NCBI GenBank assembly: GCA_013265495.1
Contig: MU057999.1
Span: 1-64,000, forward strand
Length of the DNA stretch: 64,000 nucleotides
Direction of reading: 5' to 3'
Source of the DNA: Vicugna vicugna
Lineage: Eukaryota
Below, in pieces: positions 12,086 to 23,860 of the stretch. The number at the start of each line of letters is the position of its first letter. Position 1 is the stretch's first letter. Both the position numbers and the translations under genes were made by a program. The notes under the pieces were generated by a model. It was not told where the DNA came from, did not search any database, and saw only the letters and a list, made by a program, of their open reading frames with translations.

Positions 12086-13137
12086 TCAGAGCAGAGTAAG
12101 AAATGGGTGCAGAGGACTTGACTGGGCTGGGAAACATTGTGACAACGTGTGTGGGGACCGCAGAAGCCCTGAGAGAAGCTCAGAGGAACACTGGAAAGGC
12201 CAGAGGGGCTTCCCAGAGCTCTGCAGGAAAGAGGAGGGGGAAGGTGGCCCCAGGAGCAGACAAAAGCTAGGCAGTTTCAGGGCAGAAGCCGGGACGGGCC
12301 TCGCAGAGGAGCAGTCATAGTGCGAAGCCCAAGGGGAGGGGAGCTCGCTGTCCTGGGAACCTGGGCTTCCCACAGCCTGAACTCCCTTCTGCTCAGCATC
12401 AGGCTGCAGGAGTTCCAGCCCCTGCAGGGCCGAGCTCCCAACTGCTCTCAGGTGTGCAGGGAGCCTGCGGTCAGGGGGAGCGGTGGAAGGAGCGGGCGAG
12501 CAGAGCTGGAGGCAGCAGGCCGGGGCATCCTCCCACCACAGGCATGACGGCAGCCCACAGGCTGGCCAGGTGTGTGCCAGCACACCTGCCTGGGCAGTAA
12601 GGCTCACCCCCAGCCCCACGAGCCTCCCTCAGGGCGGTGCAGTTGGTCTCAAGAACAGCTGTTTTGGCCAGAAGTGCAGCCCATCCCTGGCTCTCCTGGA
12701 CCTCTCAGGCCTCGCCTCCCTGGGAGCCCTGTGACGAGCTGGGATGTCCGCTGGCAAAACCACGGCTGCCAGGTCAGGGTTGGCCCAGAGACCAGTCTTC
12801 TCCCATCTTGACACACACAGAGAAGCCACTTCCTAGGGCTCCCTCTGGCAGCCAGGGCATGGGAGGGCCCCGAGGGCCTGGTGAGCGTCTGCCCCCCTCC
12901 ACACACGGGCCCCTGCTCTGCGCAGGGCCACCCCAGTCTTGTACATCGGACCTGTTGCAGGAGTCAGGGAGGGTTCAAAGGCAACTCACCCCCCCCCGCC
13001 GCCCCCAGGGCACCTGCCTTCCTGCATCGAGAGGACCAGCATGTACACGTGCACATGCACGCGCACGCACACACACACACAGACTGCAGCCTGGCTGGGG
13101 CTGTGAGTCCCTTGAGCTGCCTTGCGCCCGGCACTCA

Positions 13138-13260
<123 letters not shown>

Positions 13261-13428
13261 TCACAGGGAAGGCAGGAGGCTCAGGGGGGCGGTGAAGACA
13301 TGGTGGGACTGGGGGGATCCAGGGTCTGCGATGCTGGAAGCTCTGGGCACTCATGGGCTCTCAGTGCCCCAGGCGACTGGTCCCAAGGAGCCCTCCCAGT
13401 CCTCCCAGGTCTCAAGTCAGGCACTCAC

Positions 13429-13482
13429 CGTACGATCCTCCAAGTACATGGTCTTTGACAAGAAGTCAATCCCAATGGTTGC
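13429..13482 (-). CDS. RAB6B: RAB6B coding exon 3 (ATIGIDFLSKTMYLEDRT, 54 nt; switch I)
   Basis: Acceptor CTAACAG|, donor ACG|GTGAGT. Contains the Rab TIGIDF motif. Confidence 0.98.
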
Positions 13483-14369
13483 CTGTTAGAGCAAAGCACA
13501 GAAAAGTCAAAACCGAAAGGGCTCAGGGGAAGGGGCAAAAGCTCAGTGATCCAGGCAGGGACCCCACCAGCCAAAGGGGACCCCACGTCAAGCCTCGCGT
13601 GGGTTCGCTCTGCTGCTCCCACACCCCCTAACTCAACAGTGAGCCCACTGGCCCCTCTCAGAAGAAGTGAGTCTGAGCTCAAAAAAAATAAGGATAGGTT
13701 TTTAGAGAGTGATATCCTTTGGAGAGAAAGAGAAAAGTGCTTTGGACGGGGATGAGAGCGGGCGAGGCGGCTTCCCCAGGAACAACGCCACTGGACCGGG
13801 TGTCTCCTGCCCCACTCGGATGGGGGCCTGGAGGAGCAGGAGCTGGGTGGCCTCCCAGCCCCAGGCTGCTTGACCCCACCTCCCTCTGTCCCTCCCAGCC
13901 TCCCCTCCACGCTCCCAAAGTCTATCTGCTCAGGCCTGGAACTCAGGTGCCCAGCTTGGGTTCACTGCTGCCCAGGTGGGAGGGGGTGGAGTGGGAGCAG
14001 GGCATCCTGCTGTGGTGTGGGGATAGAGAGCAGCTGGCTTTCCCCAGGGGCATCGCAGTCACCCACAGCAGCATCTCACTGGGAAACCCCACTGGCTCTT
14101 TTCTATCCAAACCACACACTGGAAGCCAACTTTCCTTAGCACCCCTATGCCATGCCTATGCCCGCTCTGTCCCAGCACCAGGAGGGGTAGCTGGGCAGAG
14201 TATAGTCAGCCTTGTGGCCAGATGGCTGGGACCCACCACTTCCTTGCTGTGTGGCCTGAGGCAGGCCACCCAACCTCTCTGGTGCACCCAGTGTTTGTGA
14301 CAGGAGCTAAGATGCTGTCAGTATGAAATAGTCACTGTTACGTAGTTAATAATAATGGCGATTCAGACA

Positions 14370-14790
14370 CAGCCTGAATGTCAGGACACTAGTTAAGTCC
14401 AGTGTAGTTCATCCAAATGATTAGAAACCTTGGCAGCCATTAAAAATCACGTTCTTCAAAAATATTTAAGCATCTGGGGAAATGGTCCTCAGGTGAAAAA
14501 AAGCAGGTTACAAAACATCATGCAGAGTGTGACCCCAATTTGATTAACTGAAGTGGAGATTTTTTGAAGTATTTTTCAGATTTTCTTAGATGTTGAAGTG
14601 TAGGGAATACACTGAGGCCTTAACAGAGCCAGTCTCTGAGTACTGGTGGGTGGGTGATTTTTTTGCTTCCTTCATCATACTTTTCTCTGTTTTCTTTTTT
14701 TTTTTAATTGGGTTTATACTTTTCTCTGTTTTCTACAATGAACATATAATAGTTCCAGAAATATTTTGAAAGAAAAACAAAGTTTAAACA
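14370..14790 (+). mobile_element. Old L1ME-like 3' fragment
   Basis: gcagccattaaaaatc and gtgaaaaaaagcaggttacaaaaca-type motifs; AT-rich. Confidence 0.55.
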
Positions 14791-15454
14791 GTAAGCTTAA
14801 CTGAATGGAAAATTGCACACTGACTTCGGACTACAAAGCCACAACCAGGGAAGACCAAGGAAACAGAGAAAGCCATGTCCGCAGGTCCCCCAGATGACTG
14901 TACGCATGTACATGTACCCCCGACTCCTGCCCCTTCCACAAAGGAGTAAGGTGGCTGCGTCCTCCTGGAAGCTGGCCTTAAAGCAAAGATCGGGAGTGTC
15001 ATGGAATCATACAATTCTAGAACATGTGTGCTAAGCAAACACCTCAGACACAACCCAGGCCCCTACTTTGGAGACCAGGAAAGTTAAAGCACATGCCTGT
15101 ATGACTCTGCCAATCAGTGACAGAGCTGGGAGGATCGGCGTTAAAATCTTGGCTTCACTTGGGCTCTTTCAACCCCAGCTTTGCACACCCTCCCTGCATG
15201 GTATAGCCACTGGGGAATAAGTCTGGAATTAAGGAGCAGGCTTGTGGACTGAGCCTTGTTCCTTAATAGTCACACAATATTCATTTATTGGTATATGTTA
15301 GAGCAACAGTTCTTGTCTGCTGATATCCACAAGGAGAAATGTACAGAGCAGGTGGACATGTCTCAACTCCAGTGCTCAGGGGACTCCCCAGGGAGGGCCA
15401 GGCTCCTTCTGCAAAGTGACCCCTGAACTAAAAAGCAGGTGCATAAGCTGAGGT

Positions 15455-15912
15455 TTGGTAGCAGGGACTGCTGGCTGTCCCCCAACATGCAGTCTCCTTT
15501 TCTACAGTATCAGGACTCTGAATGTGTAGATGGACCCCTGGCTGCCCCAAATAAAGATGGTATTTCCCAGCTTCCCTTGTAGCTGGATGGCCAAGTTCTG
15601 GTCAATGGGATGTGAAGGTGACATATGCATCTTCTAGGATGGGTCCTTCCTGGGGACATGGGGAAGTACCCACCGTTGCCCCTTTCCCTTTCCCACCGCT
15701 TGGAATGAAGACAGGTGATAATAAATCACATTGGCCCATTCAGATGACAGATGCATGAGACAGGAAGCCCGAGTTCCTGCCCGGTAGAGCCTCCTCACCA
15801 GCCTTGGACTGCTCACACCCAGACTCTGTGCGACAGACAACTGAACTTCTACCTTGCTTAAGCCACTGTTATTTTGGGTTTCTTTTAACATAGGCTAACT
15901 CTAACCTGATAA
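15455..15912 (+). mobile_element. MaLR solo LTR (MLT1H/I/J-like)
   Basis: tttcccagcttcccttgtagct, ggccaagttctggtcaatgggatgtgaa, and 3' end cttgcttaagccactgttattttggg. Confidence 0.75.
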
Positions 15913-17446
15913 AGCAAACAAGCACGGAGAAGCATATCCCTCAACGGTAGGCAGCAGGGGTTCCTGATCGTGTTCTTGATGATGATATAACAATGACAAC
16001 TCATTTCACATCATGTGTGCTTCCATGGAGGACAGAGAAATCACCAGATGCTAAGACAAAGACTGTGCCATTTGGATCAAGCCCTAATAAAGCTCAGCCC
16101 CGTGGTCTCCATAATCATAAACACCATTTACTGGACACACACATACTTTATTACCCCTCACAATAGCCTGACCAAATCAGTGGTGATGAGGAAATTAAGG
16201 TCAACTTCCTATCGCTCCAGCTCTCTCCCACCTTTATTCCCATTCTCATGCTTCTTCTACACCAGAGAAACACCTGGTTCCTTAACTGCCCACTCCCTCA
16301 GACCTGTTCTGGCCACTCTCCCACCCACCCAGGCTCCTGAGCCACTACAGACCTTTCCACATGAATACAGACAGGTGCCAAAGCAGAGCCACTGTCCTTG
16401 GATATGGCTGAGCCATCAGCTCTGCTCAAAAACATCTTCATAAGTTTTGCTTCCAATAACGGCTAAGTAGCTGGCATCAAACTAACCCTCTCCCAGATAA
16501 CTATTATCAGCTCTGGACAAATACAAGAAATAACAATTTGCAAAACTGACCAAAAACAGGCAGAAAATGGAGGGGTCACAATCTCTAAAGGAAGAGAAGA
16601 GAACTCAGTGAGATCCTACATTTAACCAATTTTTCCCCGAAGTAGCTTTCTAGTCTCACCAAGTTAGAAGGACTTGGTAAACAACTCAGGCTTTTCATTA
16701 GAATCCCAGAAGAGCCGGCTTTGGGAGAAAGCTCATCATCTCAGGACTAAGGAAGGGCTACATCAGAGGACTAAGGGAAAAACCCAAAGAGACCTATCTT
16801 AACAAAGTTTAAACATGGTAAGTAAACCCTTTTCAAAAAAAAAAAAACACGCACACAAAAAACAAAAAGAGATGGGCTGCCTATAATCTAATTACCTATT
16901 AAATAAAATTCAACACTCTTCAGAGGATGGTAACAGAATCCAAGAATCTCTAGAATTTATTATTCACAATGTCAGTGGACACAATAATAAAGGACTAAAC
17001 ATAAAGAAGCAGGAAATTCAAGCCATAATCAAGAAAAAACTCAGCAGAAGCAGATCCCCAGGTGACTCATATGTTGGACTGGCAGACAAGGACTTTGTTA
17101 TAAGTGTGTCAAAAATATAAAGGAAAAGAGTATGATGGGTAAATTTCAAGAGATATATAAAGACTAAGGACCCAGAAATCTGAACACACACAAAAAAAAC
17201 AATATATGAAATGAAAACTCACTAGATTTGAGTAACAGCAGCTGGGACACTTCAGAGGAAAGAACAGTGAACTTGAAGTCAGGCCAGAAGAAACTGTTCA
17301 AACTGAAGCACAGATTTTAAAAAGGATGCAATAAAAATGAACAGAACTTCTAGGATGATATAAAATGACCTGATAAACATGTAGTTGGGGTTTTAGAAAG
17401 AGAGTAAAAACAGAATTAGCAAAAAAATGTTTTTAAAGCTAGTGGC

Positions 17447-17593
17447 AAAAAAGAAAAAAAGAAAGAAAAAAAGAGAAAGAAAGAAAGAAAGAGAAAGAGA
17501 GAGAGAAAAGAGAGAAAGAAAGAAAGAGAGAAAGAGAGAAAGAAAGAGAGAAAGAAAGGAAAGAGGGAAAGAGAGAAAGAGAGAAAGAAAGAG

Positions 17594-17632
<39 letters not shown>

Positions 17633-17663
17633 AAAAGAAATAAATTAAAAACAAACAAAAAAA
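17447..17663 (+). repeat. Compound purine microsatellite (GAAA)n/(GA)n with A-rich ends
   Basis: About 195 nt of pure A/G (17447-17640) followed by an A-rich linker. Confidence 0.95.
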
Positions 17664-17809
17664 GGAGGTGGAGGGTATAGCTCAGTGGTAGAATGTGTGC
17701 TTAGCATACCTGAAGTCCTGGGTTCAATCCCCAGTACCTCCATTAAAATAAATAAATAAATAAATAGATAGATTAAAAAATAAATAAGCCTAATTATCTC
17801 CCACCCCCC
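17664..17809 (+). mobile_element. tRNA-derived SINE, camelid Vic-1-like
   Basis: Head gggtatagctcagtggtaga (A box) and gggttcaatcccc (B box), then (AAAT)n and cctaattatctcccaccccc. Enclosed by a 12-bp direct repeat AAAGCTAGTGGC (17435-17446 / 17810-17821). Confidence 0.85.
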
Positions 17810-18090
17810 AAAGCTAGTGGCCAAATATTTTCTCAATTTGATTAGAAACATCAACCCACAGCTCCAAGAAGTTCAGGGAACCGGAAACAAGATACAGACA
17901 GAGAAAATCACACCTACGTAAGTCATAGTCAAACTACTGAAACTAAAGATACAGAGCAAACCTTAACAGCGGTTAGGAAACAGAAAGACACAATACAAAC
18001 AAAGGAATAATGACAGGAATGATGACTGATTTCCCTTCGGAAACAGCTGAGGACAGAAGACAATGCAACAGTATCCTTAAAGTTCTAAAA

Positions 18091-18123
18091 CCACCACCAC
18101 CACCACCACCACCACCACCACCA
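18091..18123 (+). repeat. (CCA)11 trinucleotide microsatellite
   Basis: Read directly; lies inside the L1 relic. Confidence 0.95.
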
Positions 18124-18179
18124 TCATGTCAACCTAGAATTCCACAGCCAGTGAAAAGTTCCTTCAACAATGAAGGTGA

Positions 18180-18409
18180 GGGGGGGAGGAGGCTATAGCT
18201 CAGTGGTAGAGGGCATGCTGAGCATGCCCCAGGTCCTGTCCTGGGTCCAATCCCCAGTACCTCTGCTAAAAGAATAAGGAAATAAATAAATAAACCTAAT
18301 CACCTCCGCCTTCAAAAAATAAATAAAATAAAAATAAAGTAAACAAATCTATTTTAAAAACTGCTAAGAAGAGTAAGTATGAAAAACTAACAAAAAATAA
18401 AGTTGAAAG
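18180..18409 (+). mobile_element. tRNA-derived SINE, camelid Vic-1-like (more diverged copy)
   Basis: ggctatagctcagtggtagagggcatgc, ctgggtccaatccccagtacctc, aaataaacctaatcacctcc and an A-rich tail. Candidate TSD CAATGAAGG (18168-18176 / 18410-18418). Confidence 0.8.
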
Positions 18410-18694
18410 CAATGAAGGCAAAACAAAAACATTTTTGGATAAGGGAAAGCTGTGATCATTTGTCACCAGTGAACCCTCATTACAAGAAATGCTTTAGGCT
18501 GAAGGGAAATTTTACAGATGGAAGTCTGGATCTTTAAAGAAGGAACATAGGAGCACCAATAGTGGTAAGTCCTGGGGTAAATATAACAGCAAGCAGTTCG
18601 CCCTTGATTACCTTCTGTTTTCATCCCTATCAGTGATAGTTGGTAGCATCCTCCCCTTTGTTTTGCCCTTGCTCCATGCTTCAGGTCACATCAG

Positions 18695-18832
18695 GAGCTG
18701 GTTAAACATGCAGATTTCGGAGCCTGGCCCAGACAGACAGAATCACAACCTCCGGGGTGTCAGTCTGGGAATCAGAATTCCTGACAAGCCCTCAGGTAAC
18801 TCGTTTGTGCAGTAAAGTTTGCAGACAGCTGC
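18695..18832. mobile_element. MER5A-like hAT-Charlie DNA transposon fragment
   Basis: gttaaacatgcagatttcggagcc, tgggaatcagaattcctgacaagccctcaggtaa, aaagtttgcagacagctg. Confidence 0.7.
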
Positions 18833-19879
18833 GGAGACTCTGAGTTCATGCAGTGACTGGTCTGGGGAGGCTGCGGTGTCCCGGAGGAGGGCAGAGTCCC
18901 TGCCCGAGGTGAGAGATGGATGGAAACGTCCGTGCCTGCAGAAGGGCTGATCACAGGTGGAGAAGCCAAGGCTCACTCAGAACTGAGGTCATACAGGTGC
19001 TGGTGGCAGAGGTAGGACTGGAACCCAGGTCTCCCTGCCTGCAAAGCCCCTGCTCTTGACTGTTGAGCTGCACTCCCTCTGCTTCCTGAAAACCCTTCAT
19101 TTCTGAAGCTGTCACCGAGTATGTGGGGGGCTCCCAACTGTCAGAATCTTACCGTCATTAGCCGTAATAGCTCAGCAAAGCCCACTTAAGGGGAAGTTCA
19201 TTTGTATTTTAACAACAACAAGAGTCAGCTCTCTAAGGACAGAATAGAAACAAGAACTTTTAAGATAGCCTTGGTTACCAGAAACTTTATAGCTCCTTGA
19301 CACCATTTATTTTTTCCAAAAATAAGGCACAAATAGTTGGCCCTACGCTGCTGCCAGCTGGAGCCCATCTCTCCCAGAAGGGCCAGATCTGCAGGGAGAA
19401 AGTGGTCACGGTCTTCCCTGGGCAGCGCCTTCCTGGCATATGGTGCAAGTAATGACTACTCATTCATTCATCCACTCTTGAGTGCCTACTCTGTGTTAGA
19501 CCCAGACCAGAACAAGCGCTGGTCCTGGCCTATAAGGAGCTGTTCCCTCCCTGGGGCTGTTCTTCCTCGTGGTCAGCACCCATTCAGAGTTCAGGATTCA
19601 GCCTTGAACTTCCCACCTTGTGGAGGAGCTAAGATTAGCACACAGAACTGTGGTCCCTGACAGATGGGAAGGACCAGTGTAGTTAGCGGGGCCCTAAGAG
19701 GAAGAGGACCTTGCTTCTGATTGATTTCTTGAGAAAAGTCAGGGCAACTATGCAAGTCCTTGAGCGAATACTAACTTTCCAGCAGGTGAAGAGGGGAGGT
19801 AGTGGCGGGTGGGAGGTCTAGAGGGTAAACCCCAGATGAAGGGAAAGGGAGAGGTCTGATTTCCATAAGGGCAGAGCTC

Positions 19880-20770
19880 CCATCAGAATTACCTTGCAGA
19901 TTATGATTATAAACTCTGGAGAAACATAACAAACAACTGTCTGAAGGCACTGGAAAGTGACCAAAAGCAGGTAGAATCTGGAGGGGAGTCAACACTTAAC
20001 AAGAGAACGGCCCTGGGTGAGGCTCCTGTTTTTCTGACTGTTCACTCACCTGACGGCAGCCCTGGCTGGAGCTCAGGGGAGGCTAAAACCTGGCAAGAAA
20101 CCCACAGTCCTACTGGTTGAGAAATGAGAGGGCAAATCGTAAAGCTATCACAGCAGCCAGAAAGTGTGGAAAATCCTGGAAATGAGAAAGCCACAGACAG
20201 GGTACCCCAAATTCTGCATGTAAATGCTGCCCAAATCTCTGACCCAAACAAGCCACATGCAACCTAAGACTTGAAAACCAAACAGACAAACAAACAAATC
20301 TGAACAGAATTTTAAGCTGCTGCCTACCACAAGGAAAAGAAATAAGAATTTGGGTCCAGCGAACACTCTTCCGAAGAAACAAATGCAGTCCACAGTCTTA
20401 ATCACAATATGTAGGATGTAACTCAAAACTACTAGACATATGAAGTAAAAGCCATATTCAAGATAGAAAGAGAATAAATGGAGACCAGCCCTGAGGTGAC
20501 CCTGATGTTGCAAGTAGCAAGTATTTTTAAACAGCTAATAGAATTATGCTCAAACACATAAAGAAAAATATGCTCAGAATGAAGGCGCAGATTTTTAAAT
20601 CTCAGCAGAGAAACAGGAACTATAAAGAAGCAAATACAAATTTGGAATTGAAACATACAGAATCTGAAATTGCTAAATGAATGACAGGCTTAACCACAGA
20701 GAGCAGATGACAGATGAAACAGTCAGTGACCTTGAAAACAGATCAGTAGAAATGATGTAAAAGGATAATA
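19880..20770 (+). mobile_element. Ancient L1M 5' UTR / ORF1-start relic
   Basis: Similar to 16440-17400 and 40010-41000 (gaggtgaccctgatgttgcaagtagca, aaatctcagcagagaaacaggaactataaag). Confidence 0.7.
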
Positions 20771-21599
20771 TGGGGACATCAGACAAAAAGAAAAACTAGC
20801 TACCCAGGGAGGCCACCCCCTCCTATAAAAGGCCCCAGAAGTCCTAATTTCCTGTTACGTGACATAACGTGCATTCCCGCTCAAAGGTCAGGTCACACGG
20901 TGTGAGTGTACTGATGGGCAGGTGTGTATGAGTGGACACACAAGTGTGTGCGTGCAACTATGTATTTGCATGTCGAAGTATGTGTATGCGGGTAGGAATG
21001 GGTGTAAGATGCTTGCATGGGTGGGGGTGTGGGGTGGGGAGGGAGTCAATTCTGCTTTGGAGGTAAAGCCCAGATGGATGATATACACACAGCCCTGGTG
21101 ATGCCAGGAGGCTGAGAGGCTGAGGTGACCAGAAGCCTCCATGGGGAAAGGGGACAGATTTCTGTCTACAAACCTAGACTCCCTGTCAATGCCCCGAGGG
21201 CAGGCCACGACCAGCCTCAGAGGATCTGGCATGCAGCTAGCAGAGTGCCCCACTGAAATGGACCTGCGTGGGGTCATGTGTCCAGAGGGCCCCGGTCTGT
21301 TTTCAGTGACTCTGCTGGTGCCTATTGGCAGGGTCTGAACGCTGTACAATCGGAAGAACACTGGGTTGGGAGAGTCCTGGAAAAATGACAGCCCCTGTGG
21401 CCCCCAGCTTCTCATCTCTAAAAAATGGATACTCATAGCTTCCTACAAGGGCTGTTAGATCAGATGAGTTAGACTGTGTCAAGGTGCTCTGTGGAAACAA
21501 AATGAGGACTGACCAACTGACCAAGGGATTTCCAAGAGAAGGTGTAGAAACTCACCCACCCCCAGGAGACCCTCCAGCAATGTTCCTCGGGCTGGTTAT

Positions 21600-21875
21600 G
21601 TGGAACATGGCCCCATTAGGGAGGCCAACTATGGATGAAAGTAAACTGTGATCAAGTGTTTCTAGGAAAGGCTGCATGCTCTAGCCCTTAGTGGGGAGCC
21701 ATAAAGCACACTGGCATAGTAAAGGCTCTGAGAAGTCCTGCGCTGAAGCGTCATGAACAATTTCATGTCACTTAATTGTTTCTCAAGCTTCTTGGCCCTA
21801 GGAACCTTTGTGCTTGTAATCCCTATTAACATCCCAATAAAGGAATGTTCCCAGAGCTTCAGGAAAGGCTGACCC
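21600..21875. mobile_element. Ancient DNA-transposon (MER) relic, copy 1
   Basis: Shares the core agtaaaggctctgagaagtcctgc..cctattaacat with 28790-29060. Confidence 0.55.
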
Positions 21876-23459
21876 TCACAGAGGTGGGCTCCCAAAGAAC
21901 CATGGAGTCTTGGCCACAGCATTCATTCTATGTACTTCCTTTTTCTCTTATGAGGCATGCAGTAAATTATTCTACCTGGAAACTAACTATTCCACAGGGA
22001 TGTAAAGAGGATATCAAGACAACATGAGCAGCAAGCTTGACTCTGGGGACTCTCCTGCCAGTCCAGGACCCCCTGATCCTCCCCACCCCTTTGGCAGTGC
22101 TGCATAAGCCTTCCATACTGCTGAGGCCCCTCCAAGGAGGCTAGACTGCATCCTGCTGTGATTAGATCTCCCCAAACCTGGCGATGCTTATTTATTCCTT
22201 AAAATCACTGTGCCTGCCAACTGTACCACTTATGAAAAACGGCAGGCACATCACCTTATACAAAACATGAGGAACCTTAACAAGGACAGATTTCACGGCT
22301 GCATCTCCATTTATCTTCTTCTAAAGGTGGTATTAGCCAGTGTCAGCAGGGGCTCAGATGCGTAGTGCAGAATGGTGGCACGTTACACGCCTCCCTCTGC
22401 ACAAGGGCTCCCACTGGCCCAGCGGATCCCCGAGGAAAGAGATGTTTCACGAGGCACTTGTTGAAATCGCCTTTGCTGTGTGCATTTATTATGAAATGTA
22501 ATTTTGCATCCACATTCTGACAAGACAGTAATAAAGTCTGCGGTAGAAATTTGCATGGTAATTTGCATAAATTGACTCAAGATTCTCTTCCCAGGAAGAG
22601 AAATCATGAAAAGGAGTGTATGTATGTCTTCTTTTAGCCTGGGCCAGGCCTTGGCCCGTGGCTGGGGAAGCATCCGTAAATGGCAGAAAGCAGCTGGGGA
22701 TGACAGGCCCTTGACAATGAAGCTGCTGTTTGCGCTCTGCACCACCAACCATCAGATGAGAGGATCAGGGTAAAGTCATGCAAATTAGCATGCAAATGAG
22801 GCTGGTGAAACTTAAGGATTCAGACCAGCAAGTGCACATGGTGGGGGAAGGAGACAGAACAAGCTGGGCAGAGCCTGTCCTTCCCAACAGCTCAACCAAG
22901 TGCTGTGGGGAGGGGCGGCTGGCTCTGGAGGCCACAGCCAGGTACCTGGATTCTTTCAGCCACCTCAGCCTCAAAGTCTACACACTTCCAGTGGTGACTT
23001 TCTTCCCAAAATGGGGAGTGCCTTGTGCTAGTCATCACCCAATTCAAAAATTTACTGATTGCTGTTTTATTACTTGACTGTGCTCTGAAACATGAACCAA
23101 ACAATATGCACCTTCCAACTTTAAATAAGGGGGTTCAATTGCATCAAAATTAGTCAAGCTCTTCAAAAGCCACACAGATGCCCACGGATGTGTGGCCTGA
23201 AGCTCCCTGAGAGGTCTCCCACAGGGTCACAGGTGGATCCAGGTGCACAGGCCCTCTCTGCAGCTCTTAGGGAGAAAAGTGTTCTGGGAGGTGGATTTCT
23301 GAGGCCACCTAAGAGCTATCAACAAGTAACCTACAAAGTGAATTAAAGAATTACTAAAATCTGGGGCAGAGAGTTGCATCATGGGTCCATTTAACTTCTT
23401 AATACTAGCAAGTGCTGTTGGACTCACCCAATACCGATTGGCAACCTCCTACTCCCTTG

Positions 23460-23860
23460 CTGGCCTGAAAACTGTAAAAGAGAAATTCTGCTTTCCCCAG
23501 ACTTTCTAGAGGGTAAAGGTGAGCGTGTGATTCCATTCCGGCCAATAAGACATTCGCTGCAGTCTGCTGGAGGGGGCGGGGATTCTAGGCAAGCTCTTGC
23601 TTTCTGCTGCCTCGAATGCAGAGGTGATGTATGGAGCAGCAATGGCCAGGCTGCATGAAGACGAGAGCCCACAGAACAAGAAGGCAGAACAGAATGACGG
23701 CAGGGGTCTGGGGCCTGCCTGATGGCGTCACCCTCACCGCAAAGCTGGGCCACCTCACATCCCACTGTGACTTCTTGCACCTGAAAAATCAAAACCCCTC
23801 CTTGTTTAAGCCACAGTTAGTCTGCTTTCTGTACCAGAGGCTGACTGCATTCCTAATTTG
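23460..23860 (+). mobile_element. MaLR LTR (MLT1K-like), degraded
   Basis: gtgattccattccggccaataaga; 3' end ccttgtttaagccacagttagtctg..cattcctaat. Confidence 0.6.

Larger units (their letters stand above)
16440..18590 (+). mobile_element. Ancient L1M 5' UTR/ORF1 relic, interrupted by two SINEs and microsatellites
   Basis: A-rich, with ORF1-like remnants (aacatcaacccacagctccaagaagttcag, atcacacctacgtaagtcatagtcaaactactgaa, tgtcaacctagaattccacagccagtgaaa). Confidence 0.8.

Noticed and set aside
17416..17658. Lys/Arg/Glu-rich and Phe/Ser/Leu-rich ORFs
   Set aside because: Translations of the (GAAA)n microsatellite.
18071..18079. Second U12-like donor GTATCCTTA
   Set aside because: On the plus strand inside an L1 relic, with no associated exon.
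17664..18270. tRNA genes
   Set aside because: A and B boxes are present, but the sequences continue into SINE body and tail with TSDs; they are SINE heads.
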